The translations under genes were made by a program, and so were the position numbers. A DNA stretch of 64,000 bases, from assembly GCF_020745735.1 (NCBI RefSeq), contig NC_083419.1:73734096-73798095 (forward strand). The letters are read 5' to 3'. The stretch's first letter is position 1, and each line of letters begins with the position of its first letter. Positions 50,366-60,984 of the stretch are shown here, in pieces. Below the pieces are notes generated by a model, which did no database searches, was not told the DNA's origin, and saw only the letters and a list, made by a program, of their open reading frames with translations. The DNA comes from Hemiscyllium ocellatum. Taxonomy: Eukaryota.

Positions 50366-50382
50366 AAAAAAAAATGGGGGAG
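50366..50382 (+). other. Polypurine tract
   Basis: AAAAAAAAATGGGGGAG immediately before the TG of LTR2. Confidence 0.85.
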
Positions 50383-50383
50383 C

Positions 50384-50987
50384 TGTTAGAAATGAGTTAT
50401 AGTGTTGTTTTTGAAGATATAGTAAAAGCATGCAGAAAAGGGGTACAGCAAGAGAACTATTAACTCTGTAGGCAGTTAGCGACTTTTCAGTGTATAATTG
50501 TGGTTAGTAGAATACTAACTTTGGTGTGTAATTACTATAACAAAAAATTCTTTTTGTAAAATGATGCTTTCAACAAAAAGCTGGGATAACCAAAATGCTT
50601 GAGCTTTACACAATGATACAAGTTAATGAAATGTCCTAGGATGGAATGCACCAGCAAAATTGATACAAAATGTTAAATTAGATCTTGACAAAATAAATGT
50701 ATATGTCAGCATTTACAGAAAGGAAGGTTGCCAACCTGGGGAAGGGGGAGGTAATAACGGTGGGGCACAGCTGGGCAGTGGTATGACACAGTAAGAGAGA
50801 TTGGGTAAGTAGGGGTCTGGAAAGATGACCTCACTCAGCTCAAAGGGTATAACTGTACACTAACCTAAGTTCTAAATTGCTCATTTGCTTATGCAATTGA
50901 CACCTTTACTTGCAAGTTCGTAATAAATTGTTCTTGCTTCCATGGCTTTGTCTCCAACTGATTTATAAGTGATTTCTGTTTCTAACA
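50384..50987 (+). mobile_element. ERV LTR2 (604 bp)
   Basis: TGTTAGAAA...TTTCTAACA 9-bp inverted termini, AATAAA 50922, preceded by a PPT and followed by a PBS. Confidence 0.9.
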
Positions 50988-50990
50988 AAT

Positions 50991-51009
50991 TGGGGGCCTT
51001 GTCCGAGAT
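50991..51009 (+). other. Primer binding site, tRNA-Pro-like
   Basis: TGGGGGCCTTGTCCGAGAT. Confidence 0.8.
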
Positions 51010-51098
51010 CCAAAACTCCGACCGCTCGACACTCTTGGGATGACGGTGGAGGTGCACCTCGCCCATCGTCACAAGAGTGTCAAGCGGTCGTGTTTTGG

Positions 51099-51115
51099 AT
51101 CCCGGATGAGCCCCA
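51099..51115 (-). other. Primer binding site, tRNA-Pro-like (inverted element)
   Basis: Minus strand TGGGGCTCATCCGGGAT. Confidence 0.85.
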
Positions 51116-51120
51116 AAATC

Positions 51121-51722
51121 TGTTACAAACAAAATTCAATGAAATTTAGACGAGACCTCCAAAACTGGAAACAAGACAATTTATTATGAACTTGCAAGTA
51201 AGGGCTTCACTTGCATAAGCAAATAATCAAATTAGAGCTTAGGTTAGTGTACGGTTATACCCTTTGAGCTGAGTGAGGTCATCTCTCCAGACTCCTAATT
51301 ACCCAATCTCTCTTATTTTTCCAGACCACTGCCCAGCTGCGCTCCACCCTTATTACTTCCCCCGTCCCCAAGTTGGCAAACTTCCTTTCTGTAAATGCTG
51401 ACACACACATTTATTTGTCAAGATCTGATTTAACATTTTGTACCAATTCTGCTGGTACATTCAATCCTCGGCCATTTCATTACCTTGTATCATTTTGTAC
51501 AGCTCAAGCATTTTGGTTATCCCAGCTTTTTGCTGAAAGCTCAATTTTACAAAAAAAACTTTTTGTTATAGTAATTACACACCAAAGTTAGTATTCTATT
51601 CACCACAATTATACACTGAAAAGTCTTTAAATACCTGCAGGGTTAATAGTTCTCTTGCTGTACCCCTTTTCTGCATGCTTTCTCTATATCTGCAAAAACA
51701 ACACTTTACCCCATTTCTAACA
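51121..51722 (-). mobile_element. ERV LTR3, inverted
   Basis: Colinear reverse complement of LTR2 over U3; termini TGTTAGAAA and TTTGTAACA. Confidence 0.9.
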
Positions 51723-52007
51723 ATTTCAGTACGAGAAGTACAGGGGAATTGGCAACTTTCAAAAAAAAAGAAAATAAAGATCTTTAATTGGCTAGACTAA
51801 TCTAACAAGAAAGGTGTCTAACTGATTCGATCACCCAGCCTTAGACCTGTTGTTAAGAAGGGAACCCCCCACACAGAGATCCGGACCCTGAAGCGGGTGT
51901 GGAAAAAGATAACACCGAACCTCAGAGAGGTTAATTAAAATTATATAAAGAAACAGAAGAGTATTAAAATTGGAAATAAAAATGTCAATTTAAATGCACA
52001 ACAAGAC

Positions 52008-52830
52008 ATGAGACAGATATCTGAAGACTATATCCTAATGAACAGTCCTTTAGGAAAGATGCTAAGATATTGGCAATACAATCCTCGGATGCGAAGAGAA
52101 GACAAAAAACAAATGATAAAATTTTGTTGCTTTGAGTGGACTAAGGAAGGCATGAAAGCCCCAAATGTATTTTGGCCTAAATATGTGTCAGACGAGGATT
52201 GGTTATGTCAAGAATTAAATATATATGTAAATAGGAAACATAACTCCTCCAATAAAGAATCTGAGTACTCCGCCTGTTGGGCAGGGAGCCCGAAAATTCT
52301 AATTCTGAAAAAGTCAGAAATGGAATAAGGCAATGAGGAAACAAAGGATTCCCACTGGGATCCTTTGTCATGTTTACCCCCTCCCGTATATAACAATGAT
52401 AATAATGGCCCATCATTTCCCTCTCCCACAGCACCCCCTCCGGTACAAGAACCTGAAAAAGATCCAGGGGAAGACCTTTCCTTGAGTCCGATTAGAAGGA
52501 GATCAGCAGTAAAAAGAAGGGAAGAGGGGGACTTAAGCGGGGCATCGATACAAATATATCCCCTTAGAGAAGTACCCGTCGGTAATGACGAAATTTGATA
52601 TGTTAATGCAACGCTGACTAGTAGTGAAGTTAGGTTTTTTAAAAGAGAAATTAAAAGTCTGATTGAAGATCCAGTAGGATTGGCAAAACAGTTGGATCAA
52701 CTCCTGGGGTCGAATTTGTATACTTGGTGTGAATTGATGAGTATTATGGGATACTATTTTCAGGGGAAGAAAGGGGTATGATTAGAAGAGCTGCGCTTAG
52801 GGAATGGGAAAAGAGACACCCTGTGCCACG
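52008..52830 (+). pseudogene. gag: Class I ERV gag, copy 2 (MA to N-terminal CA), truncated
   Basis: SPLGKMLRYW...MIKFCCFEW...FWPKY; PPPVY and PTAPP late-domain motifs; YPLREVP...LTSSEVRFFKREIKSL. Confidence 0.85.
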
Positions 52831-52879
52831 AAGGAGTAGGAAAATGAAAGCTTGAGTTTTCAAATAAACCCCTCAGACT

Positions 52880-53540
52880 ATATCCTGGTGTCATGTGAGT
52901 ATTGACCTTACTCAACCCAGTCCAAAGCTAGCACCTCCATATCATGGTTTTATTGATTAGCCAATTTTCTCTCCAAGCAAATAAATTGTCCTAACCCCAT
53001 GTGCATTTGTCTTGCATATTAATCTTTTGTCAAGCATGTTATGCATTGCCTTCTTGAAGTCCAGATATAATGCATCTTTCCGATCCCGTTTATTCAACTT
53101 TTTTTGTCACATTTTTTAATTAGAAAATATTAGAAAAATCATTCAAACATGATTTATCCTTAATAAAATCATGTCGACTTTGACGGATTGTGGTTTTACT
53201 TTCAAAGTCTCCTGTTGTTAATTCTTTAATAAAAGATTCGATCAATTTGTCTTTAGTCCCAATCGTTTGCTCATACTTTTCCATTCTGGATTAGTGGTAT
53301 TGGAATAGCACAGCATTTCAGGCAGCATCCAAGGAGCAGTGAAATTTTGCTGTTCCTTGGATGCTGCCTGAACTGCTGTGCTCTTCCGGCACCACTAATC
53401 CAGAAACGCTTTCCAGCATCTGCAGTCAATGTTTTTACCTCATACCTTTCCACTCCCGAGTGAAGTTGGTTATTCTAAGTTCCTCCCTTTCCATAACCTC
53501 GACAGCCCATTTCAATTCCTGTGAAATAGGCACGAGCCTG
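52880..53540 (-). mobile_element. Degraded CR1 RT fragment
   Basis: Minus-strand DFKKA-like motif (gccttcttgaagtcc) and related motifs. Confidence 0.6.
53284..53438. mobile_element. Fold-back PLE-end insertion lacking the hammerhead core, 14-bp TSD
   Basis: Near-perfect inverted arms centred ~53343; TSD CTCATACTTTTCCA (53270-53283) and CTCATACCTTTCCA (53439-53452). Confidence 0.8.
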
Positions 53541-53814
53541 TAAACGATTGGCTCCAATTGCTATATAAGTGGCATGAGTGGCTGATTGGACTCATTCTGT
53601 TCCTGTTTTACACACACGATTGGCCAAATGCCCTCCTGGTATTCCGACACTACAGTTTCGATGGCTTGCATGTCCTGTGCCTGCTCCTGACTAAGCCGCT
53701 CAAGATCTCAATGCCCTCATCCTATTGCTCAATGACAAGTTTGGGGACTGATGGAATCTCCCTTCTGTTTTGCTACGTTTTGAATGCTGAATTGTGCAGG
53801 CAGGTTGCGTTGCC

Positions 53815-53928
53815 CACCATGGATAGCTCAGTGGTTAGCACTGTTGCCTCCCAACACCAGAGATCTGGGTTCAATTTCTGTCTCGGGTCACTGTTTGTGT
53901 GGAGTTTGCACATTCTCTCTGTGCCTGC
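53815..53928 (+). mobile_element. HE1-like SINE 5' fragment
   Basis: tagctcagtggttagc A box, ggttcaattt B box, gtgtggagtttgcac core. Confidence 0.8.
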
Positions 53929-54999
53929 AAACAACAGCATAGGCTACATAAATCTTTAAACCATATATTGTAATGAATTAGTAGAGTAAATATCACACTT
54001 TAACACTACAGTCACTGACTACAGCCCTGCATCTTTCAACAAGATCTTCACCAGAAAGCGTGCGAGCTGCCTGACCACGTGATGCCGATGCGGAATTCCG
54101 GTTCTCTCCAAGATATTCCCCTCCCTGTTTGAAATAAAGTTCCTTCCTACAAATCCCAATTCAGGCTCAGTGTCAATGCTTGCAGAGCGGATTACGTTCC
54201 TGCTTTAGCTGAATACACTGAGGGTGCATTTGGCAGACAGAGGGATCCTGAGACTGGGATTTGCTGTTCAGCTGGTGCCAGAGACTGTCTCCCACAACAG
54301 TGAACTGGAGCTCGCTTTATAAAGAAAGGGACACAATTCACTAATTATGTTGCAGAGAAATTGCATTTTATAAACACACCTTATTGGATGACTGCCTGTA
54401 TATTGAATGGAGGATCAAAATTGAAGGACCAAAGCGAATACAGTAGTTCCTATTTTATATGTTGCGATGTTTAAACATATTAAACGAAATGAATACTGTG
54501 GGGAATACTGAATTGAGGAGATTTTCAACATGAACTAGAATAGAGGATACTCAGTGTGTTGAATGACCTACTACTTTCCCGAAGTTTCTGTGCAGTCTTT
54601 GGAAAGCTCTGTAAATGTTACCACCAGCTCTCAGATGTTAGGAAGGAGGTCTCTGCAGGGTCAACAGGATAGTGTTTCCCGATTGAAGAGTGTATCCCAT
54701 CTCTGCAAGTCTGGAGTCACGTTTAGGCCAGATCAGGAAAGCACAGAATATTCACTTCCTGAAAGTACATTGAGGAAGGAAACTGGTGTTTACAATCGAC
54801 ATTGGCTTCAGGGTCACTGTTAATGACTCCAGGCTTTACATTTCGATATTTTATTAATCATAACTTCCACCAGCTTCCAGAGCATTAGCATGGTGTGGAT
54901 TAGTAATCCACTGTCATTTCCACAACAGCACTATCTCCACATGGGGACCCATCTGAAACCACACTGAGCTGGTCATTTCTGTGCTGCTTGACAGCTCTG

Positions 55000-55745
55000 C
55001 CAAATGGAACTCCCACCAATGTGACTCTCGCGACGGGACTCAGGGCGTTGTAAATGGTCAGACTGTAGTTATTGCCTTGTCATGGGATTGGACATAGCTG
55101 AGTAATTTTCCACATTGCCAGGGAGATGTCAGAGTTGGAGCTTGAATGAAACGGCTTCCACAAGGACACGGCGTGTTCTGCAGCACAAGTCTTCAGTCCT
55201 ATTGCAGGAATAGTGTTAGCGCCCATTGCCTTTGTCGTATCTACTGTGTTCAGCTGTTTCTTCACGTCACATACAGCGAATAAGATTGATTAAAGATTGG
55301 CATCTGTGATTCTGGCTAGGGTGAGGTGGATCATCAACTCAACACTTCTGGCTGAGGACAGTGCAGATAAAACAACCATGTCTTTTACATTGATTTACAG
55401 GGTTATCCCGTTATTTAGGGTGGCGATATTTATGGAGTCCTCTCCTCCTGTGAGTTGTTTAATAGTCCATCGACATTTATGTCTGGATGTGGCAGCACTG
55501 CAGATCTTCGATCTGGTCCGTTAGTCTTGGGATCACTTTGCCCTCTGAATTAGATGTTAGTCCTGCTGTTTCGAATGTAACCAGTCAAGTGCCGTAGCTT
55601 TAATGAATTGTCATCAGGTTTAGGTACACATGGTTCTGACCCTATCATGTTCACCCACACTCGTCGCTGAACCACAGATCAGCTTGATGGTAATGGTAGG
55701 CTGAGGGATTATCCTGGGAAAAATGTTACCGATTGTAGTTGAATA
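55000..55745 (-). mobile_element. Degraded L2-type LINE fragments
   Basis: Reverse-complement similarity to the 1470-2050 LINE (KAMGANTIPAIGLKTCA, KAMGPD.IP-like). Confidence 0.6.
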
Positions 55746-56660
55746 CAATTCTGCTGTCACGCCTCCAATTTATTACTTTACTCAAACCCTATAACATATG
55801 CATCTGAATCTTTTCAATCCCCCTATGCCATCTTCTGTGTTTGATGTGAATGTGTTCTCCTCTGTTTCTCTCCCTGACCTTGATTAAGAGCTCTGCAGCG
55901 TCAGTGGTGCCAGCCTTAAGAAGTTTCACATCAAAGAATTTGTGCACCTTTCATTATCGGTCACTTCCCAATGCACGGCGTGTTCGACAGGGCGTTTGAG
56001 CAGCTTTAACAACCGTCTATGGAACTTATTCAAAAACAGAAATTGCTGATGAAACTCAGCAGATCTGGCAGCATCTTGTGGAGTGAAAGCAGAGTTAATC
56101 ATTCAGGGCCAGTGATCCTTTTACAAAGCTCCCATTTTCTCCAGCAATTTTTGCATTTTCATTTCCAGTATCCATAGTAATTTGTTTAATTGAATTTTCT
56201 TCTGAGACTATTCATTTCCCGAGAAACTCAACAGGTCTGACATTATCTGCAGAGACAGAGAAACAGAGCCAGCGTTTCAAGTCCAGTATGACAGTTCTTC
56301 AGAACTGAAAAGGATTGGAAAATGAGTTTTATAATCCGTTGACAGATGTGGGGAGTGGGTTGACGGATAAAAGTGCGTGTAGCAAAAGATAAACATGCTT
56401 TTAGAAGTGGTGAACTAGAAGATCACGAGAAATAGCTTTAAATTAAGCTGAGAATGGAGAAAAGGGGTTATCTCCATTGAGTGAAAGGTAAAGAAGATAC
56501 AACCACATAAGGTCATAGGGAGGCAAGGAGGGAGAATTTATGGAAACAGGAGAACAGTTACAATTGTGTCAGACTGCGAAGTTATGAAATTGTTCATTAA
56601 CTCCTACAGAATGTAATGTACAAAAGTATAAAGTGAGTTGTCACTTGAGCTCGGGCTGTA
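55540..56660 (+). repeat. Local duplication copy A (paralogous to ~59190-60510)
   Basis: Same order of LINE fragment, unique spacer and two PLE ends, alignable by eye. Confidence 0.75.
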
Positions 56661-57350
56661 CTTCCTTGGAACATTGCAGCAGCCTAGTGCCGAAATGCTG
56701 GCATGAGAGGGGAAAACCAACAAGAAGGTCAGGGTTATTTCTACAGAAAGAGTGGGAGTTTTCCTCAACGCAATCTCTGTGTGGTTTTGCCAATATAGAG
56801 AGACTGCGTTGTGAGCAGCAATGATAGGAGACAAGATTGAAAGTTTACAAGTGAAATGCTGTTTCACCCAGAAGGTATGTTTCGGGCCTTGGACAGTGTG
56901 GAGGGAAGAGGTGAATGGATAAATGTTGCAGCTTCTGCAATTGCATGGGAAGGTGCCATGAGGGAGTGGGGAAGTGTTCGGAGTGATGGAGGGTGACACA
57001 GAGGGAATGGCCCCAGTGAAATACTGACAGTGGGCGGCAAGGGAAGGTGTTTTTGATGGTGCTGTCCTGCTGGAGATGGTGGAAATGGCATAAGATGATT
57101 ATGTGAATGTGAATTCTAGTGCAGACGAAGTGTTGTCAAGGAGGGAATCTAACATTGTTTTGGGATGGAGGGGACGGATTGAGGATCATACCGTGGGCGA
57201 TGTGACAGTGACAGCTGAAGGCTCTGATCACCAGAATTAGGGGATTTCTGGTTTGAAGGAAAATGAGCTCATGTTAGACGCAGCTCACAGGAATGTGGCA
57301 TCATGAAACAGAAATGACAGAGATGCAGAAACTTGGAGAATAAAGTCAGC
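56200..57350 (-). mobile_element. Penelope-like element 3' part (second family) with degenerate hammerhead
   Basis: ORF 56604-56999 HGTFPCNCRSC...GPKHTFWVKQHFTC (pre-GIY-YIG zinc-knuckle-like); minus CTGAAGA...GAAAC at 56271-56302. Confidence 0.8.
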
Positions 57351-58009
57351 CTCCGCTGATCATGTGTTCAGCCACATGCAGAAGTTCCCCCGAATGATTG
57401 AAAAGAACTAGGCACCTAAATTGAGGATTTCTGCCTCACATCTGGTCTGAAGCGGAATGTAAAAATAGACCCAGATGAAGGCCAGTGAGCGTACGTGAGC
57501 AGATATTCAAGCAGATATCCCAAACCGCTCAGTAATTATTGCTTCTGTTCAAAAGAAGAACTCGATAAGGATGTGAACCACCCATGGTTGACAAAAGTTC
57601 TCAAGGATACTATTGATGAGCATTAGTGGAGGGCCAGATTTATAATTTTTTTTTCAGGGACCATGCGCTGATGTTAGGCATGAATTTCAGCTGTGCTTCC
57701 TGATTTACCCCGCAGAAAACACTGCCATTGTTACTCCATCCTCTTCCCTACTCGTCTCTCCTTCCTGATTCTAGGTTCTTCCTCTCAAATTACAGTGTGC
57801 ATTCTCTCACATGATGGTCCCTACCCACTTCACCTGAAACTCTTTGATCACGTCTACCTACTCTGCTGTAGCATCAAGCTGCGTTTTGTGCTGCCACTTT
57901 GCCTCTGGTCTCAGTGTGGCTCAGCCTCTCCATTCATGCTGTTTTACACCTCCCACTCACATTTCATCCTGGAAAGTTTCCTTCTTTGAGTAAACATTAC
58001 TGAAAACAC

Positions 58010-58243
58010 CTATCCTCCTTTGCATCGAATTCACACTGTGATCCAAATTCCAAAACGTATACTCAGCTTTCATCTCACTCTGCTAAAGGTCAACGCTGAC
58101 TGTGTGGTACAAGAATTCCCCTTCTTATATGGTTCAGAACAGAGATGTGCTTTCGCCGTAGAGATCATCACCCCATTTGGACGAAGCAAATCAGGTGTTT
58201 GACCTCTTATTGGTAGTCGTAAGCGTTTCCTCCTGCCTTAGTA
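58010..58243 (-). pseudogene. Possible decayed Ig C1-set constant-domain exon
   Basis: Acceptor ttttctccatgttacag, donor ATAG|GT; fragments LICFV, NGVMIST...EPYKKGNSCTTQSALTFSRV and AEYTF..LDHS across frameshifts. Confidence 0.35.
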
Positions 58244-58399
58244 CTGTAACATGGAGAAAAACAAATCACAGTATGAAGCTTGGGCTGAGTGTTATTCACC
58301 TGTCATTTGAATACTATCTCAAATTTGCACTGGTTATCTTTAAATGATTGTTCGTGAAGTTAGTCTCAGATAGTGTGTAGGAGGTTGAGGGATGGCATT

Positions 58400-58760
58400 G
58401 TAGAAGTTTATGAAATCATTAGAGGCTTGAATTGAGTGACCAGCCAAGGTCGTTTCCACTGGATGGGGAGTTCAACCATCGAAGGTATAGGTTTAAGGTG
58501 AAAGAGGGAAGATTTGAAATGGACGAAGGTTCAATGCTTTCACACAGATGGTGATGAGTGTAAATGGAATGAGCTGTCAGAGGAAGAGTGGGAGATACAA
58601 GTACAGCTATAGCATTTAAAACTCATTAGGACAAACATATGAATGGGAAAGATTTGGAGGCATATGGACAAAATGCAATCAGATATTAATAGCTTAGTTT
58701 CGAAAACCAGGTCAGCATGGACAAGCTGGACCAAAGGGTCTGTTTGTGCACGATATGACT
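58400..58760 (+). mobile_element. CR1 3'-end fragment
   Basis: ggtttaaggtgaaagagg...ggaccaaagggtctgtt 3' UTR pattern. Confidence 0.7.
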
Positions 58761-59189
58761 GTATCAATCTAGAAACCGAGGAAAAGGGGAGAAAAGACAT
58801 GATGCAGTTAATTGGCACAAAATACAAAAACAAACAGCACGAGCTTTTCAGCGCATATATAAAAAGTTCAAGATGAGTGTGTAACCTTAGGTGAAATTAA
58901 GTAGGAAAGTATATTGAGGATAATTGGATGGTGTGACTGAAGAATTGGCTACAGGGAGCAGACAGATAATTTACACCCATATTTTACATCTTTCCTCACA
59001 GGGGAAGGCACGGTATGTATTTCAATGAGGTAGACAAAATGGTAATAGGAGGGAAGTTCTTGAAACGTCTCGAACAAAAGGAACAATGATTTTTTTTTTA
59101 CCAGATAAGACTAAGGGTAGACAGGTCAGCAATAATGCATAGCTGGTTTTAAAAAAAATGGTCACAGTCTTGGGATCATGGTGTCCTCT

Positions 59190-60510
59190 CCATCAGATGT
59201 TAGTTCTGCTGTTTATTAATGTAAGCAGTAAGTGCGGTAGCTTGAATGGGTTGTCATCAGGTTCCGGTAGACACGGTTCTGACAGTGGCATGTTCACCCA
59301 CACTCATCACTGAATCGGAGATCGGCTTTATGGTAATGGTAGACTGAGAGATTACATTGTGGTTGAATATAATTCTGCTGCTGCTGCTACTACAGCTGCA
59401 ATGATTTGCAGCATTACATGAATGCCCAGTTTGAGCTGCAATATCTGCAATACAATTCTGCTGCCTGTCCTCAATTCGCACGGGGACCCGGTCACCCTTC
59501 TCCCCTGTACACAGTGCCCTATCCAGGTTTCTGATGTGGGAACGCTTCCTTTTTTTAAATTCTCATCCTGTTTGGGTATTTTCATGATGCCATGCCTCCA
59601 ATTTGTCACATTCCTCAAAAGCATTTGACGTTTTCACCTGAATCTCTTCCCCTCTGGTAATGCCATCTTCTGTTTAAACCAATGTATTTCCCTCTGTTTC
59701 TCTCCATGACCATGATTAAGAGCTCTGTAGTGTCGGTGCTGACAGCCTTATGTAGTTTCAGAACAAATAAATTTGTATACCTTGCATTATCATTCCCTTC
59801 CCGGTGTATGGCGCCCCCTGTTGGACCGGGCGTGTGAGCAGCTTTGATGCACATGTTTGAAACTTGTTCAAAAACAGAAATTGCTGAAGACACTGACAAG
59901 TCTGACAGCATCTGTGGAGTAAAAGCAGAGTTAATCTTTTGGGTTCTGTGACCGCTCCTCAAAGCACCCAGTAAGTCCAAACATTTTTGTTGTTGTTTCT
60001 GATTTCCTGTATCCAATGATCTTTGCTATATTGAAAATGTGTTCTGCAACTTTTCAATTTTTGGAAGAACTCAGTGGGTCTGGCAACATCTTCAGAGACA
60101 GAGAAACAATGTCAATGCTTCAAGTCCAGTGTAAATCCTCTTCAGAAGTGTAAAGGATTGGAAATGAGCGTTTTTGTATATTGGCAGAGGTGGGAAAGCG
60201 TGTTTGGAGGCCAATGGGAAAGACAAATGGGCTTGAAATTCTGGTGAAAGCGACACAGATATATAACGTGTGTAAATTAATGTGTAAATATTAGAAATTG
60301 ATTTTCTCTGGTAAATGCAACATAAACAAGATACGAACTTACAGAGCCCAGGAGGGAGAGTGTACGGAAAATGGAGAACAGCCACAACGCTTTCAGGTTG
60401 TGAATTTATGGAATTGAATATTAACTCCTACAGACTGTAACGTACCAAAGTGTAAAGTGAGGTGTTACTCGAGCTTGGGTTGTGATTCATTGGAACATTG
60501 CAGCAACCTG
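59190..60510 (+). repeat. Local duplication copy B (paralogous to ~55540-56660)
   Basis: Shared anchors e.g. gattaagagctctg, ttcaaaaacagaaattgctga, gaaactca/gaagaactca, ttaactcctacaga. Confidence 0.75.
59811..59824 (-). promoter_or_regulatory. CTCF motif
   Basis: Minus strand CCAACAGGGGGCGC matches the CTCF core. Confidence 0.5.
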
Positions 60511-60517
60511 CATTTTC

Positions 60518-60800
60518 TTAGAATCCCTACAGTGTGAAAACAGGCCCAACAGGTTTATACTGACCCTCCAAAGAGTATGTGAACCAATCCCATTCTCTAC
60601 CCTAATACTATACATAGACCCTTGACTATTGCACCTAACATCAACATCCCTGAAAAAAAACCGGCAATTCAGCATGACCAGTTCACCTAACATGCACACT
60701 TTGAACTGTGACAGAAATCTAGAACACCCAGAGGAAATCGAACCCAGTTCCGTGATGCTGTGAGACAGCAGTGCAAACCACTGAGCCACCGTACCACCCA
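60518..60800 (-). mobile_element. HE1/V-SINE-like SINE, older, internally deleted
   Basis: Head ggtggctcagtggtttgcactgctgtctcacagc; CR1-like tail. Confidence 0.8.
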
Positions 60801-60984
60801 GGATCGAAATGTTATAAGGCAACAACTCTATACGAGCAGAAATAAAGCCATTCGGACCATCAAGTCTGCTCCGCCATTCGATCACGACTGACAGATTTTC
60901 AACCCCACTTTCCTGCTTCCTCTCAGTAATCTTTGATCCCCTTGTCAATCAAAACTTATCTGAGTCTGTTTTAAATGCACTAAC

